A DNA stretch of 64,000 bases. It comes from Planctomycetota bacterium. GTDB lineage: Bacteria > Planctomycetota > UBA1135 > GCA-002686595. A model generated the notes under the pieces. That model was not told the DNA's origin. It did no database searches and saw only the letters and a list, made by a program, of their open reading frames with translations. The first letter of the stretch is position 1; the number at the start of each line of letters is the position of its first letter. A program made the position numbers and the translations under genes. Of the stretch, positions 1 through 9,177 are shown in pieces. The stretch is taken from contig JBCDGE010000012.1 of the NCBI GenBank assembly GCA_038757895.1, forward strand, positions 1 to 64,000. Direction: 5' to 3'.

Positions 1-381
1 CGCGGCGACCTCTACTGCGTGATCCGCGAGAAGGAGCACAAGGTGTTCCAGCGCTCCGGCCCCGACGTGCTGACCGAGGTCCCGTTCTCGTTCGCCCAGC
101 TCGCGCTCGGCGACAAGGTCGAGATCCCGACGCTGCGCGGCAAGGTCGAGATGACGGTCCCTGCGGGCACGCAGAGCGGCAAGGTCTTCCGGCTGCGGTC
201 CCAGGGCCTGCAGCGACTGGAGGGGCGCGGGCGCGGCGACCAGCTCGTGCGCGTGTTCTGCGAGATCCCTACCAAGCTCACCGACAGGCAGCGCCAGCTC
301 CTGGAGGAGTTCCACGAGATCGAGGGCGAGACGAGCGGCAAGCGGTCGTTCTTCGATCGCGTGACCGAGTACTTCAAGTGA
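1..381 (+). CDS. dnaJ: Chaperone DnaJ, C-terminal fragment (5' end lies outside the window)
   Basis: Translation ...GDLYCVIREKEHKVFQR...LRSQGLQRLEGRGRGDQLVRVFCEIPTKLTDRQRQLLEEFHEI matches the DnaJ C-terminal substrate-binding/dimerisation region. Stop TGA at 379-381. Confidence 0.8.
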   Translation, partial: RGDLYCVIREKEHKVFQRSGPDVLTEVPFSFAQLALGDKVEIPTLRGKVEMTVPAGTQSGKVFRLRSQGLQRLEGRGRGDQLVRVFCEIPTKLTDRQRQLLEEFHEIEGETSGKRSFFDRVTEYFK

Positions 382-419
382 CCCCGATGGCCTTCGGACG
401 ACGCAAACGGAGGGAGACC

Positions 420-1037
420 ATGGACGAGACGATGGAAGGCACGGCCCCTGAGGAGACGACCGACCCCGAGGTCGGGACCGGTGAGACGGAGTCCGCCTCC
501 GGAGCCGACACCGATGCGGCCGAGGCGCCCGTCGACCCGCTGACCGAGGCGCAGAACGAGCGCGACGCCGCGGTCGACAAGTGGATGCGGCTGCAGGCGG
601 ACTTCCAGAACCAGCGCCGCCACGCGCAGGCCAACATCGACGCTGCGGCCCAGCGCGCGCGCTCCGAGATCCTGGCCGAGGCGCTGACGATCCTCGACTA
701 CCTCGACATGGCGCTCGCCACCGAGGTCACGACCGACGAGGCGAAGAACCTCAAGATCGGCGTCGAGATGACCCGCGGCCAGCTCGGCTCCCTGCTCGAC
801 CGCATGAACGTCCGCCCGATCGAGGCCACCGGCGCGTTCGATCCGTCGCGGCACCAGGCGGTCTCCACCGTCGACACGGACGAGGTCGAGCCGGGGACGA
901 TCGTCGAGATCGTGAGGTCCGGGTGGACCCTCGGCGAGGACGTACTGCGGTTCGCACAGGTCCGCGTGGCGGCGCGCCCCGACGCGGGCGAGTCGGCCGA
1001 CGAATCCGCGCCCGACGCCGGCGCGGAGCAGGACTGA
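420..1037 (+). CDS. grpE: Nucleotide exchange factor GrpE
   Basis: GrpE-like coiled-coil and beta-domain sequence (ERDAAVDKWMRLQADFQNQRRH...GVEMT...VEPGTIVEIVRSGWTLGEDVLRFAQVRV). ATG at 420 is preceded by GGAGGGA at 407-413. The upstream in-frame GTG at 378 is an alternative start. Confidence 0.8.
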   Translation: MDETMEGTAPEETTDPEVGTGETESASGADTDAAEAPVDPLTEAQNERDAAVDKWMRLQADFQNQRRHAQANIDAAAQRARSEILAEALTILDYLDMALATEVTTDEAKNLKIGVEMTRGQLGSLLDRMNVRPIEATGAFDPSRHQAVSTVDTDEVEPGTIVEIVRSGWTLGEDVLRFAQVRVAARPDAGESADESAPDAGAEQD

Positions 1038-1336
1038 TGCCGACGTACGACTACCGCTGCAAGGCGTGTGGGCACACGTTCGACGAGTTCCAGATGATGA
1101 GCGACCCCGTGCTCCGGAAGTGTCCGAAGTGCGGGAAGCTGAAGCTGGAGCGCCTCATCGGCGGCGGCGCCGGATTCGTGTTCAAGGGGTCGGGCTACTA
1201 CGTCACCGACTACCGCTCGAAGGGCTACGACGACGCCAAGAAGGCCGACGGTCCGTCGAAGGACTCGGGGGGCTCCGACTCCGGTAGCTCCGGCTCGTCG
1301 TCCTCCGGATCGACGTCTTCCGAGTCGGGCGACTGA
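1037..1336 (+). CDS. FmdB-family zinc-ribbon regulatory protein
   Basis: MPTYDYRCKACGHTFDEF...KCPKCG carries the CxxC...CxxC FmdB signature. C-terminal Ser/Gly-rich tail. 99 aa. Confidence 0.7.
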   Translation: MPTYDYRCKACGHTFDEFQMMSDPVLRKCPKCGKLKLERLIGGGAGFVFKGSGYYVTDYRSKGYDDAKKADGPSKDSGGSDSGSSGSSSSGSTSSESGD

Positions 1337-1347
1337 CGCGGGGCGCC

Positions 1348-2220
1348 TCAGCGGCCCGGGCGCGCGGCCGCTCCCCCGAGCAGGAGCTCCTCGACGAGCT
1401 CCGCGATCGCCTCGGTCCCGTGATCGCCGACGACGCGATCGGCCTCCGCCCGCACCTCGGGCAGCGCGTTTCCCATCGCCACGCCCAGGCCGGCGGCCCG
1501 CAGCATCGGAACGTCGTTATCGGCGTCGCCGACCGCGATGACCCGCTCGGGCAGGATGCCCTTCTGGTCCGCGAGGAAGCGCAGCGCCTCCGCCTTGCCG
1601 CGGCACGGCGCGTGGACGTCGATAGCGCTGTAGGTGTTGGTCCTGTGGCGCGGCAGGATCGACAGGGGGAAGTGCGAAACGTACACGGGCCCGCGGGCCG
1701 CCTCCTCCAGGTCGCGCACGACCGCGAGCGAGCCCGCCTCACCGCACTCGACGAGGAAGCTCAGACGAATCGTGTAGTCGCGCAGGAGCTCCTCCCGCTC
1801 GACGAACTGCACCCCGATGAACCCGTCGAAGTTCCGCTCCTCCGCGGCGCTGCGCGGAGCGAGGGCGAGCTTCTCGTCGGCCGTCATGACGATGACCTGG
1901 GCGTCGCGCCGGTCGGCCCAGTCGTGCAGCCGCGCGAGCGTGCGGTTGGACAGAGTCCGCTCCTCCAGCATCCGCTTCTCGGAGTGGCACCAGACGGCGC
2001 AGCCGTTGAAGAGCACCGCGGGCGCGCCGAGGTCGAGCTCCTCCACGATCGGCAGGGCCGAGATCTTGGACCGCCCCGTGACGACCATGACCTCCACGCC
2101 CTGGCGCTCGGCCTCCAGGATCGCCTCCCGCGTGCGGGGGTGGACCGTCTCGTCCGGGGTCAGGAGCGTTCCGTCGAGATCGAGCAGGAGGGCGTCGTAG
2201 GCGCGGTCCATCGGGCGCAT
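1348..2220 (-). CDS. HAD-superfamily hydrolase, Cof/HAD-IIB type
   Basis: N-terminal LLLDLDGTLL motif and C-terminal GDADNDVPML motif typical of Cof-type HAD phosphatases. 290 aa. Confidence 0.75.
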   Translation of the reverse strand: MRPMDRAYDALLLDLDGTLLTPDETVHPRTREAILEAERQGVEVMVVTGRSKISALPIVEELDLGAPAVLFNGCAVWCHSEKRMLEERTLSNRTLARLHDWADRRDAQVIVMTADEKLALAPRSAAEERNFDGFIGVQFVEREELLRDYTIRLSFLVECGEAGSLAVVRDLEEAARGPVYVSHFPLSILPRHRTNTYSAIDVHAPCRGKAEALRFLADQKGILPERVIAVGDADNDVPMLRAAGLGVAMGNALPEVRAEADRVVGDHGTEAIAELVEELLLGGAAARPGR

Positions 2221-2331
2221 GGTAGCCCTCCTGGGGCCCCCTTCCAGCCCGATTGGAGTCCTGCGCCCGGCCGGACGATAATCTCGGTCGAGGCCGGTCT
2301 TCCCCCGGCGCTCTCGCCCACCGCGCTCAGC

Positions 2332-3012
2332 ATGAATCGACTCCAGTCCCTCCCGCGTCGCCGCGCCGCGATCGCTGCGATCCTCGCGCTGTCCCTCCCG
2401 ATGGGCCTCACGGCCTGCTCCGGGTCACGCAAGGTCACCGATCCGGTCGTCGGTATCACGACCGAGCAGGGCACCGAACTCGGCGTCTCGACCGAGTACG
2501 GGGTGGTGTTCCTCGGCCGGACCGCGGAGCGCGGTGAGGTGCTCGTCGAGGCGTGGTTCGGCGACGGGCCGTCCCTCGAGAGATCGGTGATCGAGCCGGT
2601 CGGCGAGGGGATCTTCACCGCCGAGATGGACATCCGGCTGCCGCTGGTCACGGTCTCGTTCCTCGCTCCCGAGGACGGCGAGTCGCTGGAGATCCTCGGC
2701 CGGCAGGGCGCGAAGCAGTGGACCGCAAAGACCAAGGCCCGGCGCGTCGCCGGCGTCACCGGTGTCCTCGTCGACGAGCCGAAGAGCTTCGTCGACTCGC
2801 CCGACCAGGTCGGCGCCGGCGTCTACCGCCGGACCGGCACGTTCACGCGCGAGCTGATCGGGCTCGTCTCGGGCCGCGTCCAGCTCCAGCGCGAGGGCAA
2901 GGTCGAGACCTACCTCGCCGTCGTCGGCCCCGACACCCTCTGGCGCCTCGCGGCGCACCGCAAGGACCGGATCCGGCGCAAGCCGTTCGTGTACCGCGAA
3001 GACATCTTCTGA
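2332..3012 (+). CDS. Hypothetical lipoprotein
   Basis: Signal peptide with lipobox (LSLPMGLTAC). No recognisable catalytic motif. Start chosen at ATG 2332 inside the long ORF 1420..3012; the upstream part of that ORF is antisense to the HAD gene. Confidence 0.55.
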   Translation: MNRLQSLPRRRAAIAAILALSLPMGLTACSGSRKVTDPVVGITTEQGTELGVSTEYGVVFLGRTAERGEVLVEAWFGDGPSLERSVIEPVGEGIFTAEMDIRLPLVTVSFLAPEDGESLEILGRQGAKQWTAKTKARRVAGVTGVLVDEPKSFVDSPDQVGAGVYRRTGTFTRELIGLVSGRVQLQREGKVETYLAVVGPDTLWRLAAHRKDRIRRKPFVYREDIF

Positions 3013-3046
3013 GCGGCCTTCGCGCTCGCGTCCCCTACCGGATCTC

Positions 3047-4555
3047 CTACCGGCGCCAGAAGGACGGCATGAGCAGGACGACGAGCGCGTAGAACTCGAT
3101 CCGTCCGAGCACCATGCAGAAGGACAGCGCGAGCTTCGCGACCGCCGGGAGCCCGCCGAAGGACTCGGCGGGGCCGACGCCACCCAGGCCGGGCCCGACG
3201 TTGTTGAGCGTCACGAGCACCGCCGCCATCGACGTCTCCAGGTCGATCCCGTAGGACGCCAGGAGCAGCGTCGCGGCGACGAAGACGATCATCCACAGCG
3301 CGAGGAAGCTCGTCACGGACGCGGTCACCGACTCGTCGATCACCTGGCCGTCGATCCGCACCTGGTGGATCACGCGCGGCCGCGCGAACCGCCGCACGCT
3401 GACGAGCGCTGCCTTGAACAGGATCACGACCCTCACGAGCTTGAAGCCGCCGCTCGTCGAGCCCGCACACGCGCCGCAGAACCCCAGCATCATCAGCCCG
3501 ATGCGGCAGAACTGCGGCCACGCGTCGTAGTCGGCCGTCGAGTACCCGCAGGTCGTGACGAGGCACACGGTCTGGAAGAGGCTGTCCCGGAGCGCCCGCC
3601 CGGGGTCCCGGTAGTCCGGCGCCCCGGCGGCGGGATCGGCGGTCCCCGCGGCCGTCCAGAGGACCGCTGCGATCACGACCGTCGCGAAGACGACGAGACC
3701 GAGGAACAGCCGCACCTCGAGGCTCCCCACCAGCTTCCGCCACGCCGGACGCGGTCCGACGCGCAGCAGCGTGTCGTACACCGCGAAGTTGATCGCGGAG
3801 ATCAGCATGAACGCGACCAGCACGAGCTCGACCGACAGCGAGTCGAAGTACGCGATGCTCGTCCCGTGGTTCGAGAAGCCGCTGTTCGCGACCGTCGTGA
3901 ACGTGTGCAGGACCGCGTCGAACCCCGGGATGCCCATGAAGACGAGCACGAGCACGAGCGCCACGCTGAGCCCGACGTAGATCTTCATCAGCATCAGCGC
4001 CGCGTCCCCCACCCGCTGGTGCGCCGCCTCCCGCGAGATCCCCGGCACCTCCGAGCGGAAGAGGCTCCTGCCCCCGGTCGGGAACAGGACCACGAAGACC
4101 ATCACGATCCCGAAACCGCCCAGCCACTGGCTGAAGCTCCTCCAGAACGCGATCGCGCGCGGCATCGCGTCGATCTCCTCCGCGCTCATCACCGTCGAAC
4201 CGGTCGTCGTGATGCCCGAGACCGACTCGAAGAACGCGTCGACGGGCGACGCGAAGGTCCCGTCGAAGAGGTACGGGAGCGCGCCGCCGACGCTCGCGAC
4301 GAGCCACGCGAGGCCCACCGTCGCGAGCCCCTCGCGCCGGAAGTAGTCGGGCCGGCGCTGGGCGTCCCGGGTCGCGCCCCGGAAGACGTACGTCGCGAGG
4401 CCGCCGACGAGCGCGACGATGAACGCTCCGAGGCCGCAGCTCGTCGCCGGCCCCCACTCGCCGTAGCCCGCGCCGACGAAGGCGGGAACGGCCATGAAGC
4501 CCGCGAGGAGCAGCAGCACCACGCCGAGCATCTGGGCGACGGCGCGGAAGTTCAC
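3047..4555 (-). CDS. trkH: TrkH-family potassium uptake protein
   Basis: 502-aa polytopic membrane protein with TrkH/KtrB-like repeated pore segments (GFSNHGTS, TTCGYSTADY, LGRIEFYAL). Confidence 0.85.
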   Translation of the reverse strand: MNFRAVAQMLGVVLLLLAGFMAVPAFVGAGYGEWGPATSCGLGAFIVALVGGLATYVFRGATRDAQRRPDYFRREGLATVGLAWLVASVGGALPYLFDGTFASPVDAFFESVSGITTTGSTVMSAEEIDAMPRAIAFWRSFSQWLGGFGIVMVFVVLFPTGGRSLFRSEVPGISREAAHQRVGDAALMLMKIYVGLSVALVLVLVFMGIPGFDAVLHTFTTVANSGFSNHGTSIAYFDSLSVELVLVAFMLISAINFAVYDTLLRVGPRPAWRKLVGSLEVRLFLGLVVFATVVIAAVLWTAAGTADPAAGAPDYRDPGRALRDSLFQTVCLVTTCGYSTADYDAWPQFCRIGLMMLGFCGACAGSTSGGFKLVRVVILFKAALVSVRRFARPRVIHQVRIDGQVIDESVTASVTSFLALWMIVFVAATLLLASYGIDLETSMAAVLVTLNNVGPGLGGVGPAESFGGLPAVAKLALSFCMVLGRIEFYALVVLLMPSFWRR

Positions 4556-4619
4556 GGCGTCCCCCCCTGCTCGCGCGCGCGGGGCGAGCCCGCGCCTGGA
4601 CCCTGGACCGACCGTCCGA

Positions 4620-5960
4620 TCAGAGCGTCCCGAGCACGCGCTCGGCCTCCTCCAGCGCCTCGGTCATCGTGAACACGATCGCCGTGTCGCGGGGCCGCAC
4701 CGTCGTGTCGCCCGTCGGGATCGTGACCTGGCCGTCGCGCACGATGGCGCCGAGGACGACGCCGCGCGGAAGACCGAGCTTGCGCAGCTTGACCGGTTCC
4801 CGGATCCCGACCTCCAGCTCCAGCACCTCGGCCCGCCCGTTCCCGATGACCGCGATCGCGCGCGGCGATCCCGCGCGGACGAAGCGAATGATCGACTTCG
4901 CGACGAGCATGCGGGGGCTGATCGCCTGGTCGACGCCGTCGAGGAGGTCGAAGATCTCCGCGTACGACGCACGGTTCACGAGCGCGACCGTGCGCTCGAC
5001 GCCGAACGACTTGGCGAGCTGGCACGCGACGATGTTGTTCTCGTCGTCGTCCGTCGTGGCGACGAAGGCGCTCGCGTCCGCGATGCGCTCCTCGCGGAAG
5101 AGATTCATGTCGGTCGCGTCCCCCACCATGACCGAGATGTCCCCGGAGCACTCCAGGTCGAGCGCTCGCGCGCGGGCGGGGTCGCGCTCCAGCACGGTGA
5201 CGCTGATCCCGGGCGCGCCGCCGAGCCGCAGCGCGATCTGACGGCCGAGCCCGCCCGCGCCCATGATGACGACGGTGCGCTTCCACTCGACCTTCTCGCC
5301 GGCCAGTCGCTCGAACCGATCGAGGTCGTTCGCCGAGCCGAGCACGTAGACCTGGTCGCCGACCTTGAGTTCGTCCTCGCCCGACGGGACGACGAGGTTC
5401 CCCGAGCGCGAGATCGCGGCGACGAGGACGCCCGACGGGATGCGAAGCTCGCCGAGCGGCGCGGTCGTCAGCTCGGACGCCTCCCGGAGCCGCAGGCGAC
5501 GGAGCTGGACCCGTCCGTTGGCGAACGACTCGACCTCCAGCGCGTGGCGCTCGCGCACGAGGCCGAGGATCTCCTCGGCGACGAGCTCCTCGGTCGAGAG
5601 CACGACGTCGAAGCCGAGCGCGTCCTTGTAGAAGTACCGGTAGTCGTCGAGGATCCGCGTGTCCTTCAGGCGGATGATCACGCGCGAGGCGCCGAGCTTC
5701 TTCGAGACGACGCTCGTCAGCATGTTGACGCGGTCGTCGTCGGACACGGCGATGACCAGGTCGGTCGAAGACACGCCGGCCTCCGTCAGCACGTCCGCCC
5801 GCGTCCCGTCCCCCACCAGGGCCTGGACGTCGAGCGACTCCATCAGCTTGCGCGACTTCGACGGGTCGGGGTCGACGACCGTGACCGAGTGCGACTCGTG
5901 GCTGAGGAGGCCGGCGAGGTGCTGTCCCACCTCGCCAGCGCCGACGATGACGATGTTCAT
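4620..5960 (-). CDS. trkA: Trk system potassium uptake protein TrkA (two RCK/KTN NAD-binding domains)
   Basis: MNIVIVGAGEVGQHL... and a second VVIMGAGGLGRQIA Rossmann motif, each followed by a TrkA-C-like domain. Start placed at ATG 5958-5960 (447 aa). The upstream 183 codons of ORF 4620..6512 are spurious. Confidence 0.85.
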   Translation of the reverse strand: MNIVIVGAGEVGQHLAGLLSHESHSVTVVDPDPSKSRKLMESLDVQALVGDGTRADVLTEAGVSSTDLVIAVSDDDRVNMLTSVVSKKLGASRVIIRLKDTRILDDYRYFYKDALGFDVVLSTEELVAEEILGLVRERHALEVESFANGRVQLRRLRLREASELTTAPLGELRIPSGVLVAAISRSGNLVVPSGEDELKVGDQVYVLGSANDLDRFERLAGEKVEWKRTVVIMGAGGLGRQIALRLGGAPGISVTVLERDPARARALDLECSGDISVMVGDATDMNLFREERIADASAFVATTDDDENNIVACQLAKSFGVERTVALVNRASYAEIFDLLDGVDQAISPRMLVAKSIIRFVRAGSPRAIAVIGNGRAEVLELEVGIREPVKLRKLGLPRGVVLGAIVRDGQVTIPTGDTTVRPRDTAIVFTMTEALEEAERVLGTL

Positions 5961-6005
5961 CGCCGCGAACGATAGGCCCTCCCCCGGAGGGGGTACAACA
6001 GCGCC

Positions 6006-6593
6006 GTGATCGCACTGGTCGACAACCGGGACTCCTTCACGTTCAACCTGGTCCAGGAGCTCCAGGCGCTCGGTGCGGAGGTCCGCGTGCTCCAGGGCAG
6101 GACGGCCCGGCCGGCCGAGGTGCTGGACGCCGCCGGGGTGGTTCTCGGGCCGGGACCGGGGTCGCCGGCCGGGGCGGGGTGCTGCGAGGAGGTGGTCCGC
6201 CGGGCCGCCGCGGACGACAGCGCCCCTCCGCTGCTCGGCGTCTGCCTCGGGCACCAGGCGATCGCCACGGCGCTCGGCGGCCGCGTGCGACGGTCGGCCG
6301 ACATCGCGCACGGCCGGACCCGGGCCGTCCTGCACGACGGCACGGGCGTCCTGGACGGCCTCCCGAGCCCGTTCGAGATGGCGCGCTACAACTCCCTCGT
6401 CGTCGACGACGCCGCGCTGCCGCCGGAGCTCGTCGTGACCGGGAGGACCGAGGACGGCGACGTCGCGGCGCTCCGACACGCGGAGCGGCCGATCCACGGC
6501 GTGCAGGGGCACCCCGAGTCGGTGCTCTGCGTCGAGGGCGGACGGACGGTTCTGGCGAACTTCCTCGCCCTCTGCGGGGTCCAGATCCGCTAG
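6006..6593 (+). CDS. Glutamine amidotransferase, anthranilate/aminodeoxychorismate synthase component II type (PabA/TrpG paralogue)
   Basis: Class-I GATase triad context: GVCLGHQ with catalytic Cys, HGVQGHPES with His. 195 aa, GTG start. A second copy lies inside the trp operon. Confidence 0.8.
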   Translation: MIALVDNRDSFTFNLVQELQALGAEVRVLQGRTARPAEVLDAAGVVLGPGPGSPAGAGCCEEVVRRAAADDSAPPLLGVCLGHQAIATALGGRVRRSADIAHGRTRAVLHDGTGVLDGLPSPFEMARYNSLVVDDAALPPELVVTGRTEDGDVAALRHAERPIHGVQGHPESVLCVEGGRTVLANFLALCGVQIR

Positions 6594-6600
6594 CTGGCCG

Positions 6601-7401
6601 CTAGCGGGGCGGACCCACCGGATCGACCCACCGCGGCCAGGGACCCGCGCTCGGGCGCCCCTCCTCGCCGTCGCGCGTCCGTAGCAGGCGACGCGTGACG
6701 AAGCGGTAGACGGGCTTGACCGTGCGCTTCCACAGCAGCGCGAGGCCGGTCCGCGGCATGCGCTCGTGCTCCGCGACCGCGAGCTCCGCCGGCCCGCGTC
6801 CGTCCTTCGTGTAGCGGCGCCGGAGCTTCTGGACGTGACGCAGGTCGTCCCGGCAGCGGGAGTCGTAGGCGCGCCCGCTCCTCCGCGGGTGCACGCTCGC
6901 GAGCTGGAAGTCGATCAGGACCGGCCGGCCGCTCGGGTCGACGACGACGTTCTGCTCCTTGTGGAGGTCGTTGTGGCAGACGCCGGCGGCGTGGAGCGAG
7001 CGCGCCGCGTCCTCCAGGAGCTCGAAGAAGTCGAAGGGGAGCTCGTCGGCGAGGTGCAGCGGCGTCCCCGGCGCGTAGGGGCGCAGGAAGACGTCGCCAG
7101 GACGCGGACGCATTCCGGACAGGGTTGGCTCGCGGGCGAGCGCGTCGACGTCTGCGGGATCGAGCGACGGCGCCCGCGCGACGGCGGTCGACCCCGCAGC
7201 GCGCAGCGCCTCGAGCGCACGCCGCTCACGCCGCGCCAGGAGGCGTGCGAACCCGCGGATCCCGGGCGGGCCGAGGACGACCCGTCGCACGAGCTCGACC
7301 TCCTCCGCCCCGTCGGCCCCGTCGGCAGCCAGGCACCGGACCCGCTCGACCACGCCGAACACGTCGCGTTTCAACTCCTCCAGGATGCGGACGCCCGTCA
7401 C
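6601..7401 (-). CDS. Lipopolysaccharide-kinase (Kdo/WaaP/InaA)-like or RIO-like small protein kinase
   Basis: Catalytic-loop-like CHNDLHKEQNVVVD followed by VLIDFQLA (DFG-equivalent). Start is a guess at GTG 7399-7401. The region upstream of 7401 in ORF 6601..8340 is antisense to the ABC ATPase gene. Confidence 0.5.
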   Translation of the reverse strand: MTGVRILEELKRDVFGVVERVRCLAADGADGAEEVELVRRVVLGPPGIRGFARLLARRERRALEALRAAGSTAVARAPSLDPADVDALAREPTLSGMRPRPGDVFLRPYAPGTPLHLADELPFDFFELLEDAARSLHAAGVCHNDLHKEQNVVVDPSGRPVLIDFQLASVHPRRSGRAYDSRCRDDLRHVQKLRRRYTKDGRGPAELAVAEHERMPRTGLALLWKRTVKPVYRFVTRRLLRTRDGEEGRPSAGPWPRWVDPVGPPR

Positions 7402-7422
7402 GACTTGTACCGTACCGCCGCC

Positions 7423-8397
7423 GTGACGGACCTCGCCCCGACGGACACCGAGAAGGAAGGACCGCCCATCGCGGACGCCCCGGGAGCGATCGGCGTCCGC
7501 GGCCTCGCGCGTCGCTTCGGCGAGAAGGTCGCCCTCGCGCCGCTGGACCTCGACGTGGGTCCCGGCGGCGTCGTCGGCCTCCTGGGGCCGAACGGGAGCG
7601 GGAAGAGCACGTTCATGCGCCTCGTCACCGGCCTCGTGCGCGCGGACGAGGGCCAGATCGTCGTCGACGGGGTTCCGATGCGGGACGACGGCGCGTCCAT
7701 CCGTCGGCGCGTCACCTACGCTCCCGGTGAGCTGCACCTCTACGGCGAGATGACGGGCGCCGCGCACCTGGACTTCCTGCTGCGCGGCCGCGGCAAGGCC
7801 GCCGTCGAGCGCGCCCGCGCGCTCGGAGGAGACCTCGGTCTCCCTCTGGACCGGCGCGTCCGCGGCTACAGCCATGGCATGAAGCGCCAGCTCGTCTTCG
7901 CCGCTGCGATGGCGCCCGACGTGCGCGTGCGGATCCTGGACGAGATCAGCGAGGGCCTCGATCCGACCAAGCGGACGGAGATCCTCGACCGGATCGAGGA
8001 GGACGCCGCCGGCGGGCGCACGGTCCTCCTGTCGTCGCACCACCTCGGTGAGGTCGACCGGAGCTGCGACCGCCTCGTCTTCCTGAGCGCCGGCAAGATC
8101 ATCGCGGACGAGACCGCCGCCTCCGTGCGGCAGCGCGCCGGACGGCTCGTTCGGGTCACCTTCGGGGACGCCCGGATCTCGAAGACCGACCTCGGCACCG
8201 CGCTCGCAGGGCCCGGGGTGGAGTCGGTGCGGATCGACGGCGGCGAGGTCTCGGTGCTGCTCGACACGGACGACCCGCGGCCGTTCCTGCTGCGGCTGGC
8301 CTCGGCCTCCGAGATCCCCGCGCCGCGGTCGATCGAACACGGACGGATCTCGCTGCGCGAGCTCTACCGCGCGCTCTACGGCGTGGAGGGAACCTGA
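7423..8397 (+). CDS. ABC transporter ATP-binding protein
   Basis: Walker A GPNGSGKST, signature YSHGMKRQL, Walker B ILDEISEGLD, H-loop SSHHL. GTG start at 7423 is uncertain. Confidence 0.8.
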   Translation: MTDLAPTDTEKEGPPIADAPGAIGVRGLARRFGEKVALAPLDLDVGPGGVVGLLGPNGSGKSTFMRLVTGLVRADEGQIVVDGVPMRDDGASIRRRVTYAPGELHLYGEMTGAAHLDFLLRGRGKAAVERARALGGDLGLPLDRRVRGYSHGMKRQLVFAAAMAPDVRVRILDEISEGLDPTKRTEILDRIEEDAAGGRTVLLSSHHLGEVDRSCDRLVFLSAGKIIADETAASVRQRAGRLVRVTFGDARISKTDLGTALAGPGVESVRIDGGEVSVLLDTDDPRPFLLRLASASEIPAPRSIEHGRISLRELYRALYGVEGT

Positions 8398-9161
8398 TGG
8401 TGCGCGGCCTGCGCGGTTACGCCCTCTACGGGTTCGGCTTCTTCCTCGTGCTCGAGATCATGCTCGGCGCGGCCATCTACTGGTGGCCGAGCTTCGAGGA
8501 GAACATCGAGTCGCTGAAGACGTTCGCGACTCCGCTCCCGATGCTGACCGAGATGCTCGACCAGATCGACCGCGGCGGCGTCGCGGCCTACGTGGTCGGC
8601 CAGCACTTCTTCAAGGGGTGCAGCACGCTCGGCACGGCGGCGGCGGTCCTGTTCGCGGCGGGGGCGATCGCGGGCGAGGCGCACAGGGGCACGATGGAGA
8701 TGTGGCTCGCGCGGCCGGTCTCGCGCGCGCGCCTGCTCACCGAGCGCTGGGTCGGCGGGATGATCGCGATCGTCCTGCCCGTCTTCGCGACGAGCGCGAC
8801 GGTGCCGGCGATGCTCGTCATGTTCGACAAGACGATGGAGTGGAACGACCTGTGGATGTGCTCGTTCCACATGAGCGCGTTCCTGATGGTCGTCTACGCC
8901 GCCACGTTCCTGTGGTCGAGCTACGGCTCCGAGCCGCTCCGGATCAGCTTCGTGATGATGTTCGGCGCGATCCTCGTGTTCGCGCTCTACCTCGTCGAGA
9001 GCGTCACGAACTACTCGCTCTACCGGCTCGTCGACATCGAGGTCTTCATGGAGATCGTCCTCACCGACGGCCTCGACTGGCGGATGGTCGCGCCGATGCT
9101 GATCCTGACGCTGGTGCTCTACGGCCTCTCGCTGCGGGCCTTTCGCACCCGCGTGCCGTAG
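8397..9161 (+). CDS. ABC-2 type transporter permease
   Basis: Start overlaps the ATPase stop (TGATG at 8395-8399). 254-aa polytopic membrane protein. Confidence 0.7.
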   Translation: MVRGLRGYALYGFGFFLVLEIMLGAAIYWWPSFEENIESLKTFATPLPMLTEMLDQIDRGGVAAYVVGQHFFKGCSTLGTAAAVLFAAGAIAGEAHRGTMEMWLARPVSRARLLTERWVGGMIAIVLPVFATSATVPAMLVMFDKTMEWNDLWMCSFHMSAFLMVVYAATFLWSSYGSEPLRISFVMMFGAILVFALYLVESVTNYSLYRLVDIEVFMEIVLTDGLDWRMVAPMLILTLVLYGLSLRAFRTRVP

Positions 9162-9177
9162 CGGGCCAGGTCCCCGC

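Noticed and set aside
2910-4672. ORFs 2910..4457 (-) and 3365..4672 (+)
   Set aside because: Alternative frame or antisense of trkH. Low-complexity Arg/Asp/Glu-rich translations.
4552-6015. 487-codon minus-strand ORF
   Set aside because: Alternative frame of trkA. Arg/Gly/Pro-rich without any domain signature.
7402-8340. Upstream about 310 codons of ORF 6601..8340
   Set aside because: Antisense to the ABC ATPase (Walker A/B, signature motif present on the + strand). No motifs of its own.
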